From Mobula hypostoma (taxonomy: Eukaryota): DNA of 64,000 bases. The translations under genes were made by a program, and so were the position numbers. Shown here piece by piece: positions 12,885 to 26,052 of the stretch. The first letter of the stretch is position 1, and each line of letters starts with the position of its first letter. Location of the stretch: positions 42,224,001-42,288,000 of the forward strand of contig NC_086097.1 in the NCBI RefSeq assembly GCF_963921235.1, in the 5' to 3' direction. The notes under the pieces were generated by a model, which ran no database searches, was not told where the DNA came from, and saw only the letters and a list, made by a program, of their open reading frames with translations.

Positions 12885-13961
12885 AGGGTGGTGATGAAAC
12901 ATACTAATTCCTGTCTGAGAAGTGACTTGCATCCACTCTCAATTTGCCTACCATTGCAACAGCTCTTTATCAAATACAGCACCGCAATCAATACAATCAT
13001 CCCCTCAAAACTAATCAATAAGCTTCAAGACCTTGGCCTCAAATCCTCCTTGTTCAATTGGATCCTCAATTTCCTCACTTGCGGACCCCAATCAGTTGGA
13101 TTGGCAACATCTCCTCTTCCACAATCTCTGTCAGCACAGGGGCAGCACAAGGCTGTGTGCTTAGCTTTCCAGATTGAATTGCTTTACACTTATGACTGCG
13201 TGGCTAAACACAGCTCCAATATGACACCACTGTTTTAGGTCAAATCAAAGGTCGTGACAAATCAGCATACAGGAGGGAGACTGAAAATCTGGCCAAGTGG
13301 TGACACAACAACAACCTCTTACTCAATGTCGGCAAGACCACGGAGCTGATTATTGACTTTAGGAAGAGCAAGTCAGAGGACCATAAGCCAGTCTTCATTG
13401 CAGGATGAGAGACAGAGAAGGTCAGTGTACTGTTTCAGAAGGTCTGTCCTGGGCCCAACAATTATGAAGAAGGCACAAGAGTGCTTCTACTTCCTTAGGA
13501 GATTGTGAAGATTCAGTATGACATCTAATGACTAATTTCTATAGATGTGTGTTGGAGAGTATATTGACTGGCTGCATTATAGCCTCGTATGGAAACACTA
13601 ATGCCCTTGAGTGGAAAAGCCTACAAAATGTAGAAGATATGACCCAGTAAAACACAGGTAAAGCCCTCCCCACCATTGAGTACATCTACACAGAGCATTG
13701 TTGCAGGAAAGCAGCATCCTTCATCAGGGACCGCCGCCACCCAGGTCATGCTCTCTTCTCACTGCTGCCAATCAGGACGAAGACACAGGAGTCTCAGGAC
13801 TCACACCAGCAGGTTCAGGAACAGTTATTATCCCTCAACTATCAGGCTCTTGAACACAAGGGAGTAACTTCACTCGCCCCAGCAATGAAATGTTCCCACA
13901 ACCTATGGACTCACTTTCAAGAACTCTTCATCTCATGTTCTCAATATTTATTACTTAATTA

Positions 13962-16952
13962 TAACCATATAACAATTACAGCACGGAAACAGGCCATCTC
14001 GGCCCTTCTAGTCCGTGCCGACGCCTACTCTCACCTAGTCCCACCGACCTGAACTTGGTCCATAACCCTCCATTCCCTTCCTGTCCATATATCTATCCAA
14101 TTTAACTTTGAATGACAACATCGAACCTGCCTCAACCACTTCTGCTGGAAGCTTGTTCCACACAGCCACCACTCTCTGAGTATAGAAGTTCCCCCTCATG
14201 TTACCTCTAAACTTTTGCCCTTTAACTCTCAACTCATGTCCTCTTGTTTGAATCTCCCCCACTCTCAATGGAAAAAGCCTATCCACATCAACTCTATCAA
14301 TCCCCCTCATAATTTTAAACACCTCTATCAAGTCCCCTCTCAACCTTCTACGCTCCAAAGAATAAAGACCTAACTTGTTCAACCTTTCTCTGTAACTTAG
14401 GAGATGAAACCCAGGCAATATTTTAGTAAACCTCCCCTGTACTCTCTCAATTTTATTGACATCTTTCCTATAATTCGGTGACCAGAACTGTACAGAATAC
14501 TCCAAATATGGCCTTACCAGTGCCTTATACAATTTCAACATTACGTCCCAACTCCTATACTCAATGCCCTGATTTATAAAGGCCAGCATACCACCCTATC
14601 CACATGAGATTCCACCTTCAGGGAACTATGAACCATTATCCCTAGATCCCTCTCTTCTACAGCATTCTTCAATGCCCTCCAATTAAGCATGTATGTCCTA
14701 TTTCGATTAGTCCCACCAAAATGTAGCACCTCACATTTTTCAACATTAAACTCCATCTGCCATCTTTCAGCCCACTCTTCTAACTGACCTAAATCTCTCT
14801 GCAAGCTTTGAAAACCTACTTCATTATCCACAACGCCACCTATCTTAGTATCATCTGCATACTTACTAATCCACTTTACCATCCCATTATCCAGATCATT
14901 AATATATATGACAAACAACATTGGACCCAGTAAAGATCCCTGAGGCACACTGCTACACACCGTCCTCCAATCTGACACAGTTATCCACCACTACTCTCTG
15001 GTGTCTCCCATCCAGCCACTGCTGAATCCATTTTACTACTTTGATTTTAATGCCTAACGATTGAACCCTCCTAACTAACCTTCCGTGTGGAACCCTGTCA
15101 AAGGCCTTACTGAAGACCATATAGACAACATCCACCGCTTTACCCTCGTCAACTTCCCTAGTAACCTCATCAAAAAATTCAATAAGATTTGCCAAACATG
15201 ACCTCCCACGCACAAATCCATGTTGACTGTTCCTAATCAGACCCTGTCTATCCAGATAATTATATATACCATCTCTAAGAATACTTTCCATCAATTTACC
15301 CACCACTGACGTCAAACTCACAGGCCGATAATTGCTAGGTTTACTCTTAGAACCCTTTTTAAACAATGGAACCACATGAGCAATACGTCAATCGTCCGGC
15401 ACCATCCCTGTTTCTAATGACATTTGAAATATTTCTGTCAGAGCCCCTGCTATTTCCACACTAACTTCCCTCAAGGTCCTAGGAAATACCTTGTCTGGAC
15501 CTGGAGACTTATTCACTTTTATATTCCTGAAAAGTGCCAGTACTTCCTCTACTTTAATCGTCATACTTTCCATAACTACCCTTCTTGTTTCCTTTACCTT
15601 ACACAATTCAATATCCTTCTCCTTAGTGAGTACCAAAGAAAAGAAATTGTTCAAAATCTCCCTCATCTCTTTTGGCTCCGCACATAACCATCCACTCTGA
15701 TTCTCTAAGGGACCAATTTTATCCCTCACTATCCTTCTGCTATTAATATAACTGTAGAAACCCTTTGGATTTATTTTCACCTTACTTGCTAAAGCTGCCT
15801 CGTATACCCTCTTTTAGCCTTTCCAATTTCTTTCTTAGGATTCTTTTTACATTCTTTATATTCCTCAAGCACCTCATTAACTCCAAGCTGCCTATATTTA
15901 TTGTAAATCCCTCTCTTTTTCCGAACCGTTTCCTATATCCCTCGAAAACCATGCCTCTCTCAAACTTTTAACCTTTCCTTTCAACCTAAAGATCCTGTAC
16001 TCTCAAAATTTCACCTTTAAATGACCTCCATTTCTCTATTACATCCTTCCCATAAAACAAATTGTCCCAATCCACTCCTTCTAAATCCTTTCGCATCTCC
16101 TCAAAGTTAGCCTTTCTCCAATCAAAAATCTCAACCCTGGGTCCAGTCCTATCCTTCTCCATAATTATATTGAAACTAATGGTATTGTGATCACTGGACC
16201 CGAAGTGCTCTCCAACACATACTTCCGTCACCTGCCCAATCTCATTCCCTAACAGGATATCCAACACTGCCCCTTCTCTAGTTGGTACCTCTATGTTTGC
16301 TGCAAAAAACTATCTTGCACACATTTGACAAACTCCAAACCATCCAGCCCTTTTACAGAATGGGCTTCCCAGTCTATGTGTGGAAAATTAAAATCTCCCA
16401 CAATCACAACCTTGTGCTTACTACACATATCTGCTATCTCCTTACAAATTTGCTCCTCCAGTTCTCGGTCCCCATTAGGTGGTCTATAATACACCCCTAT
16501 AAGCATCACTACACCTTTCCTATTCCTCAGCTCCACCCAAATAGCCTCCCTGGACGAGTCCACTAATCTATCCTGCCAGAGGACCGCTGTTATATTTTCT
16601 CTGACAAGCAATGCAACACCTCCCCCTCTTGCCCCTCCTATTCTATCACACCTGAAGCAACAAAATCCTGGAATATTTAGTTGACAATCACACCCCTCCT
16701 GCAACCACGTTTCACTAATAGCTACAATATCATATTTCCAGGTATCAATCCATGCTCTAAGCTCGTCCACCTTTCTTACAATGCTCCTAGCATTAAAATA
16801 GATGCATTTAAGAAACTCTCCACCTCTTACTCTCTTTTTATCCTTAATAGAGCAAACAACTTTGTTATCTTTTTCTTTCTTGTCCCCTACATCTTTGGTC
16901 TGAGTGTTCCTGATCTCTGTCCCCTGCCTATCCTCCCTCACACACTGTCTAC
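13962..16952 (-). mobile_element. CR1 LINE with near-complete but frameshifted ORF2 (APE endonuclease + RT)
   Basis: ORFs 16291-16941 (YFNARS, ISETWL, YYRPP, GDFN), 15986-16267 (LDILL, SDH), 14953-15375 (YRPVSLTSVVGK, QHGF, KAFD), 14574-14978 (VPQGS, YADD), 14035-14589 (RRLRGDLIEVFK, TRGH); possible TSD TAATTATA at 13956-13963 and 16953-16960. Confidence 0.92.
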
Positions 16953-17149
16953 TAATTATATATTATTATTATTTCTTTCTTTTTGTTTTTACACATTTTG
17001 TTGTCTTTTGCACACCAGTTGAACTGGTTCACAGTCTTTCTTTGATTCTAATATAGTTATTTTTCCATAATGGATTTATTGTCTATGCCACAAGAAACTG
17101 AATCTCAGGGTTGTATATGGTGACTGTATATATTTTGAACTTTGATTTA

Positions 17150-17505
17150 GAGAGAGAAAATAATAAATAAGTCGTGCAAAAAGAGAGCAAAAAGTAGTGA
17201 GATAGTGTTCATGGGTTCATTGTCCATTCAGAGATCTGATGGCAAAGGGGAAGGTGGTAGATTCCTGTACCTCCTCCTTGATGGTAGCTATGAAGAAAGG
17301 GGATGTCCTGGGTGATGGGGGTCTTTAACAATGGATACTGCCTTTTGAGGCATCGCCATTTGAAGCTGTCCTTGATGCTGGGGAGGCGAGTACCCACGAG
17401 GAGTAGGTTGACTTCACAACTTTCTGCATTTTTTCCGATCTTGGGCAGTGGCCTCTCCATACCAGATGGTGATCCAACCAGTTAGAATGCTCTCCATGGT
17501 AAAGT
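17150..17505 (-). mobile_element. Rex1-type LINE fragment
   Basis: Resembles the reverse complement of the C-terminal region at 730-1010. Confidence 0.6.
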
Positions 17506-20500
17506 TGTAGAACTAATTAGATGTTCATATCATTATATCCTTATTTAATATGCAATCACTGATATACTGAGGTTATTTTTGACCCAGGGAGATTTTATTA
17601 GGCCAGTAATGGTCATACTACTGCCCCTTCTCTAGATTTTCATTTCTATAGCGTCGTTACTAATACCTCTAACTCCAAAGTATACTTGTTATTAGTCCTG
17701 TTGTCTACCTCTCATAAGCCTGTAGATACATCTACCCTTTTCATTTACATTATTACTTTCATTTTTAAACTATTCTGGATGCTGGGTGCTCCCACCTAGG
17801 CTTACTGCATTGCCTTTCTCATTTACAGTGGCGCTTTGCAAAGTGTCATAGAATTAGTCATCACAGAATCAGGCCCTTTGGCACAACATATCCATGCTGA
17901 CCAGCGTGCCTTCTTGAGTTAATCATATTTGCTTGAGTTAGGCCCATATCCTTCTAAACCAATGATTCCCAAAGTGGGTGATGTTGCCTCCCCCGCACAT
18001 GGGGATGGTGGGAGTTTCTAAGGTGGCAATAAAGATAAACGGCATGGCGGGGGGTGCTCACTATCAAGGGGGGCAGTTTGAGGGATTACAGGCATAATTT
18101 AAGAAAGGAAATTATTTATCATAAGCATTTGATCTTCAGGGCCGCAGAACTAATTACAATAATAACGTAATCTCCTCATCCCTTGCTAACCCACCGTTCT
18201 CTTAGACCCTGCTCAAAGCACATTATAGTTGTTGAAAAGCAATGTGACAGTTCTGCATTTATCATATCATTGGAAATCTGGACTGAAGTAAAATTGTGTT
18301 CCTTCTGTGACTGGCCCGCCCATTATTGCCATTCACTACTGTAGTGCAGTGTTAGCTAATATGATTCCCATACTCTATTCATTTAGTGACACATTTTCTG
18401 TGAATTATCATATAGCATTCAATGGATGAAAGTTTAGAACCTGCCCTTTTGAATGGTCTTGTCCATATTTTTCTGGCCTATGGCCCAACCAAGATATCTC
18501 TGTCCCACATTAAGTACCTTCAGGCAGAGAGTCAGGTTTTGCCTGAGCTACTGTATGGTGATGTCATAATTCTCCCCTTTATTGATTGCAATGCTTGAGG
18601 CTGGACTTAAACAGTAGGTGACTGACCATGGTCGTTAATCCATAATGAAAACGGCAGAAGCAGACCAAACGATAAAGTGTAGACAATATGGTGTGGAGTA
18701 TCTGAAATATGAACTTATACCAGCACCAAGCCACCAATAGCGCACAATGTACCTGTCGTATGAAAAAGTTTCTTCAAATGAGACAATGAAACCATCCAGG
18801 CTCCTTGAACATTGAAGAGAATACTCTCTGATAAACCAAACAAGAACTTGGCATTTTCATTCATTTTGTGAAAACTTTCCAAAACTGAAAACACTTCAAA
18901 ACATGCTTCCCAGCGCTTCACAACAAAGCAGTGATGGCTTGCATGCTTTGTACAACATTTCATTGCTCATTGCTAAATCTGGAAAGCCTCATACAGATGG
19001 AGAAGAATTGATTGTGCCAGCAGTAAGGGAGGTTCTGTATTTAGTTTTGCATAAGTCACCAGACCAAATAATTAAAGTGATTCTGTTCCACAACAACTCT
19101 GTTCAAAGACGAATAGATTAAACGTCTCAGAAAGTGGAAGACACAACGTGCAACATGCATAGGACAACAGAATTTGCTCTGAAATTGGATGAGTCAATTT
19201 TGCCAGGCAACAGATTTGTGCTTCTTGATTATCTTGCTTCATTAAAAAATGAACACATGGTTCAAGAGTTGTTATTTGCAAAGGGACTAGAAACAGATAA
19301 GAAGGGGAGTCAATATTTGGAGTTGTTCATTAATTTTTCAAAGAGAAGGACATTCCACTCATCCATGTTTTTGTTGGTGGAACAGATGGGACACCCATCA
19401 ATGACATGATATCACCATGTGAGTTATCACTTTCTTACACCTGACATATTTACCATTCACTGTGTAGTTCACACACAACATCTTGCTGCAAAAAAACTAA
19501 GTGATCGGTTGCACTTCACAAATCATTAAATACTGTTATCACAGTGGCAAATAAAATCAAGTCCTACGCTCTCAATTCTGAACTATTTTGGGAGCTGTGT
19601 ATTGAGGATAAGAACAGGTTGAATGCTTGCTGTCATATGGCTCTCCAAAGGAAAATGCCTGAGCCGCTTTTCACTGATTTTGGAAACTGTGATAAAACTC
19701 TCTGAAGACTCGAATGAGTCACTCATTCATCAACTCAAGAATATTAGGCATCACATTGCTTATTTAGAACATAGATCATAGAACAGTACAACACAGGAAA
19801 AGGTCATTTGGCCCACAATAATGTGCTGAACCAGCTAAACAGCAAATTAAAACACCCAAACTCTCATCCCTCCTACCTACACCTTGCCCGTATCCCTCCA
19901 TCTTCCTTACATCCATGTGCCTGTCCAAACGTCTCCTAAAAGCCTCTAATGTAGTTGCCTTTACCCACCAAACCAGGCAGCACATTCCAGGCATCCACCA
20001 CTCTGAGTAAAAAACTTACCCCTCACATCCCCTTTGAACATACCCCCACTCACCTTCAATGCATGCCCCTTGGTATTAGAGATTTCAATCTTGGGAAACA
20101 GATACCCTCTCTCCACTCTATCAATGGCTCTCATAATCTTGTAAACCTCTATCTGATCTACCCTGAGCCTCCAGTGCTCCAGAGAAAACAACCCAAGTTT
20201 ATCCAACTCTCATAATAACACACGTCCTCTTAACCAGACAGCATCCTGGTAAAACTCTTCTACACCCTCTCCCATGCCTCAACATCCTTCCTATAGTGGG
20301 GTGACCAGAATTGTACAAAATACTCCAGATGTGGTCTAACCAGAGTCTTATAAAGTTGCAAGATAACCTCTTGACTTTTGAACTCAGTGCCTCGACTAAT
20401 AAAAGCAAGTATTCCATAAACCTTCTTTAACCACCTTATCGACCTGTACAGCCACTTGTACACCCAAGATCTTTCTGCTCAGCAACACTGTCAAGGATCT

Positions 20501-20785
20501 TGCCCTTAACTGTGTACTGTCTCCTTACATTTGTCCTAGTGAGTTGCAACACCACACAGTTATCTGGGTTAAAATCCATCTGACATTTCTCAGCCCATAT
20601 CTGCTACTGATCTACATCGTGCTGTACTCTTTGCCAGTCTTCTACAATGTCCACAAGTCAACCAAACTCAATATCATCTGTAAATTTACTAACCCTCCAT
20701 CTACATTTTTACCTGGGTCATTTATAGACGTAACAAACAGCAGACATCTCAGGACAGATCCCCGCGAAATACCACATAATACAGG

Positions 20786-22138
20786 AAGGTGAGTGCCGGC
20801 TGCCTGCCTTTTGATTGCTGGTGGGACTGTTCTGCTACAGAGACTGGAAACTGCCTTTTAGTTGCTAATGAGATCGCTCTGCGTCCAGAAAGGGGAGACT
20901 GCCTTTTGATCACTGGTGAAATCACTTTGCTATGGAGAGGGAAAGTCTGCCTCTGGTCCCGGAGAATGTTATGTCACCCAGTTTTCTGCATTTTGCTTAT
21001 GGACTTGAACTATAGACTTTTATCACTCTCATAGTTTTTTTTTATATATTCAGTATTTTTCACACGATCTTTCACTTTTTTTTTGTGTAGGATAGGAGAT
21101 TTGAGTGTTGATGTGCCTGTTCTGTTTTTGTTAATGTTACATGCTCAAGGAGATCTGTTTTTTTTGTGAGAATGATGTAATGGTCTTTTGGAGGTCACCT
21201 GATGTGATTTTCCCACTGATGTGAGGTCACGTGATGACATGTGCACCATGGGTATATAAGGGTTGACCCCAGATGACGCAGTTAGTTTTTAGTTTGTAGA
21301 TTTCTGGGTAGAACGTGCTGTGTCTCCGTTTCTGTTGCGTGTTTGTTTTTGTGACGCAGTTTCATTTTTGAAACGGTTGTGCGTTCTGTTGCAAAATACA
21401 ATATAATTGGACTGGAAATTTTTGGCTAGATGTGCTGATTTACCCTATTCCAGCAGTAGAAGGGAGAGTGAAGACTTTATCGAAATACAGGACCGAAAGA
21501 GCAAGAGGAGTCAGCATTGTTTGGCAGTTTAACAAAAGATCAACCTTATTGAGTCTTCATTGAAGGAGTAGCGACCTGTATCGAGATAACTCTTGCCAAA
21601 AGAATAAGAGTTCAAGCAAAGGTTTGCTCTCTCTAAAAGAATTTAAGGTCAGTTGTTTTAAACTATTTATTTACTGCATCGGGAATCCTGTGGACAGAAC
21701 CAGCCGGGTCAGTCGCGTCTGTGAAGAAATCCTTCTCCAGAGAAGTCTCTCCCAATTGAACATATAAATCTGTTGGACTTCCGAATTTACCATTTTAAGA
21801 ACTATATCTGACTTTATCACTTTAAGAACTGTTTTCACATTTAACGCTTTAAGAACCAGTGCAGAGTGACAATTTGTTGAACAGCTGCATAACGGTTAAC
21901 TTCCGGTTAAAGTTGTCGTTTATCCGTGTTTAATAAATGTTCGGTTGTTTTTATATAACCTGTCTCGATTGATATTCATTGTTGCCGGATACGTAACATT
22001 AATTTTTGTGTGGGAGGTAGGGATTTGGGGGTTGATGACGGTGCTGTTGTTCTTCCCTTTTCTTTCTTGGTTTTATGGCTATCTAGAGAAAAAAAATTCA
22101 GAGTTGTGTTTTTTTGATATTAAAATGAACCTTTGAAA
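20786..22138 (+). mobile_element. Non-coding Rex1-tailed repeat, split by a solo LTR
   Basis: Ends TTTTATGGCTATCTAGAG..TCAGAGTTGT..AAAATGAACCTTTGAA; CR1 is collinear on both sides. Confidence 0.55.
21135..21998 (+). mobile_element. Solo LTR (864 bp), probably Gypsy-type
   Basis: Termini TGTTAC...GTAACA; 4-bp TSD TTAA (21131-21134, 21999-22002); TATATAA at 21253; AATAAA at 21932; no internal gag/pol. Confidence 0.8.
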
Positions 22139-22214
22139 CTCCGGCTCAGATAAGTCCCTTCAGCCACCACCCTCTGTCCTCTGTGCTCAAGCCAGCTCTG
22201 AATCCAAACAACCT

Positions 22215-23036
22215 GAGAAAACAGAGCCTGCGGAGAGACTGAGATCGTTCAGGGGAGTGGGCAAAGAAGTGGCAAATGAAATACAATGTTGGAAAGTGTA
22301 TGGTCGTGCACTTTGGTGGAAGAAATAAGTGGGCAAACTATTATTTAGATGGGGAGAGAATTCAAAATGCAGAGATGCAAAGGGACTTGGGAGTCCTTGT
22401 GCAAGGTACCCTAAAAGTTAACCTCCAGGTTGAGTCGGTTGTGAAGAAGGCGAATGCAATGTTGACATTCATTTCCAGAGGTATAGAATATAAGAGCATC
22501 TTGCGTGCAGTTTTGGACTCCTTATTTTAGAAAGGATATACTGACGTTGGAGAGGATTCAGAGAAGATTCACAAGAATCTTCAGGAATGAAAGGGTTACA
22601 GTATGAGGAACGTCTGGGAACTCTTGGGCTGTATTCCCTGGAGTTCAGGAGAACGAAGGGGGATCTCATAGAAACATTCTGAATGTTAAAAGGACTGAAC
22701 AGTTTAGATATGGCAAAGTTATATCCCATGAAAGGGGATTCTAGGACAAGAGGGTACGACTTCAGGATTGAAGGATGTCCATTTAGAACTGACTTGTGGA
22801 GAAATTACTTTAGTCAGAGGGTGGTAAGTCAGTGGAATTTGTTGCCACAAGCAGCTGCAGAGGCCAAGTCAATGGGTGTATTTAAGGCAGAGATAGATAG
22901 GCCAGGACATCAAAGGGTATGGGGTGAAGGCGGGGAGTGGGGATGACTGGAAGAATTGGATCAGCCCATGATTGAATGGCGGAGCAGACTTGATGGGCCG
23001 AATGGCCTCCTTCTGCTCCTATATCTTATGGTCTAA
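22215..23036 (+). mobile_element. CR1 LINE 3' end
   Basis: MKYNVGKCMVVHFG, RDLGVLV, SRTRG, YFSQRVV; tail CTTATGGTCT. Confidence 0.85.
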
Positions 23037-24453
23037 CCAATTCGCCATGGACCCCATGCATCTTAATCTTCTGGATTATCCTCCCATGAGGGGCCTTGTC
23101 AAGCACCTTGCTAAAATCCATGGAGACAACATCCATTGCCCTACCCTCATCAATTTGTCTTGGCACCTTGTCAAAAAATTTAATCAATTTGGTAAGGCAC
23201 AAACAACTGTGCATGAAGACATGCTGGCACTCCCTGATTAGGGCATGGGTTTCCAAATGCTCATGTACACAGTCATAGAGAAGTACAGCACTGAAACAGG
23301 CCCTTCTACCCATCTAGTCTATGCCGAAAACATTTAAAGGCCTACTCCCATCGACCTGCACCAGGGCCATAGCCCTCCATACCCCTACTATCCGTCTACC
23401 TCCCCAAACTTCTCCTAAACATTGAAATTGAGTTTGCAGCTCATTCTACATTCTCAGCTTTCACCCGTAGGTCATGACCTCTGGTTGTAGTCCCACCCAA
23501 TTTCAGTGGAAAATGCCTACTTACATTTACCCTATCAGTACCCCACATAGTTTTGTATACCACTATCAAATCTCCTCTCAATCTTCTACATTCTAAAGAA
23601 TGCAATCCTAACCTATTCAATCTTCCCTTATAACTCGGATCCTCCAGACCAGCAACATCCTTGTAAATTTTCTCTACACTCTTTCAACCTCTTTCAATCT
23701 TTCCTGTAGGTAGGTGTCAAAACTACATAAAACACTCCAAATTGGGCCTCACTGCCTTATATAACTTCAACATAACATCCCATCTCCTGTATTCAATGCA
23801 TTGATTTATGAAGGCCAATGTGCCAAAAGCTTTCTTTACAACCCTATCTACCTGTGACGCCACTTTCAACTAATTATGGACCTGTATTCCCAAATCCATT
23901 TGTTCTCCCACACTCCTAATCTGTAAGATCTACCCTGTTTGGTCCTACCAAAGTAAATTCCATCTGCCATTTTTCAGCAGATGCAGTTCCCACTGTAAGC
24001 CATGATAGTCTTCCTCACTGTCAACTACACCCCCAATCTTGGTGTCATCCTCAAATTTGCTGACCCAGTTAACCACATTATCATCCAGATCATAGATATA
24101 GAGTAAATGACAAATAACAAAGGACTCAGCACCGATCCCTGCAGCACAACACTAGCCGCAGGCCTCCAGTCAGAGAGGCAGCCATCTACTACCACTCTCT
24201 GGCTTCTCCCACAAAGCCAATGTCTAATCCAATTTACTACCTTATTCTGAATGCTGAACAACTGAACCTTCTTGACTAGCCTCCCATGCGGGATCTTATC
24301 AAATACCTTACTAAAGTCCATGTAGATAACATCCACTATCTTGCCTTTATCTGCTTTTCTGGTAACTTCCTTGAAAAACTCTATAAGATTGGTTAGACAT
24401 GACCTACCACACAATAAGCCATGCTGACTATCCTTAATCTGTTTGTGTCTATC

Positions 24454-26052
24454 CTTACACACCTGGAGAAGAGGGATGCTTATGTGAGAAAGCTGTTCTT
24501 GGACTACAGTTCAGTGTTCAATACTATAATTCCCTCCAGGCTTGACAAGAGGCTCAAAAGACCTCGGCCTTCACCCAGCCCTAGGGTTGCCAATGTTCTC
24601 ACTCCCGAAGAAGGGACAAAAGTAGCAGTCAAATACGGGACACTTGTGTTTACCCCGAGAAAGACTACCATGACCATGAAGCCTTGCGTGGGCACCTGTG
24701 TGCGCATGCGTGTACGTGCCGATTTTTTTCTACAAATCAGTTTTGGCTTAATCTTCCCGATTCTGCTTTTACTATATGTTAGTGTTATTTTAGGTTTTAT
24801 GTGTTATTTGGTATGATTTGGTAGGTTATTTTTTGGGTCTGGGAACGCTCAAAAATGTTTCCCATATAAATAACTGGTCATTGCTTCTTCGCTTTACGCC
24901 ATTTCGGCTTACGAACGGTTTCATAGGAACGCTCTACCTTAGCGGGGGATATATGGGACAAGGGCAGTCCCATATGGAACAAACTTTTTTAGCCCAATAT
25001 ACGGGATGTCCTGGCCAATACGGGACAGTTGGCAAACCCTACCTTGCCTTGTACAGCTGTATACTGGACTTCCTATCAGATCGCCAGCAGGTGGTAAGAA
25101 CGGGCCTCCTCACCTCTACCTCTCCGACCCGCAATACAGGAGTCCCTCAGGGCTGAGTCCTAAGCCCCATCCTTTACTCCCTGTCTATCCATGATGGTGT
25201 CACCATCAACAGCTCTGATCTGCTAATTAAATTTGCTGATGACACTACACAGATTGGCCTCATCTCAAATAATAACAAGGCAGCCTACAGAGAGGAAGTC
25301 ATCATCCTGACACAGTGTTGTCAAGAGTACAACCTCTCCCTCAATGTCGGAAAAACAAAGGAGCCGGTTGTGGACTACATGAGGAATGGAGACAAGCTAA
25401 CCCCTATTGACATCAATGGACCTGGGGTTGAGAAGGAGAACAGCTTTAAGTTCCTCGGCATACACATCACTAAGGATCTCACGTGGTCTGTATGTACTGG
25501 CTGTGTGGTGAAAAAAAAAGCACAACAGCGCCTCTTTCACCTCAGACAATTAAAGAAGTTTGGCATGAATCCCCAAATCCGAAGGACTTTTTACAGGAGC
25601 TCAATTGAGAGCATCCTGACTGGCTGCATCACGGCCTGGAATGGGAACTGTACTTCCCTCAATCGCAGGACTCTGCAGAGAGTGGTGCAGACAGCCCAGT
25701 GCATCTGTAGATGTGAACATCCCACTATTCAGGACATTTACAAAGATAGGTGTATAAAAAGGGCCCGAAGGATCATTGGGGACCTGAGTCACCCCAACCA
25801 CAAACTGTTCCAGCTGCTACCTTCAGGGAAACGGTACTTCAGCATTAAAGCCAGGACCAACAGGCTCCAGGACAGCTTCTTCCACCAGGCCATGAGACTG
25901 ATTAATTTACGCTGATACAATTTTGACTGTCCTGTTGTACATACTATTTATTACAAATTACTATAAATTGCACATTTAGACGGAGCTGTAATGTAAAGAT
26001 TTTTACTCCTCAGGTATATGAAAGATATAAGAAATAAAGTCAATTCAATTCA
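24454..26052 (+). mobile_element. Rex1/Babar LINE, 5'-truncated, (AATTC)n tail
   Basis: [34 protein letters not shown] 25370-25915; AATAAAGTCAATTCAATTC at the end. Confidence 0.9.
24582..25041. mobile_element. Non-autonomous hAT element (MITE) with an internal Tigger/pogo-like fragment (~24765-24947)
   Basis: TIRs TAGGGTTGCCAA / TTGGCAAACCCTA; degenerate 8-bp TSD CCCAGCCC / CCTTGCCT (the paralogous Rex1 near 29090 reads CCCTGCCT); subterminal GGGAC repeats. Confidence 0.75.

Larger units (their letters stand above)
11850..17147 (+). mobile_element. Rex1/Babar LINE (degraded ORF2), interrupted by CR1 insertions at 12550-12884 and 13962-16952
   Basis: NQKSWMNHEI, NDYHPIALTSTVMKYF, AINTIIPSKLINKLQDLGL, SGRRHRSLRTHTSRFRNSYYP; the 3' UTR resumes at ~16955 and ends TTTGAACTTTGA. 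Confidence 0.85.
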
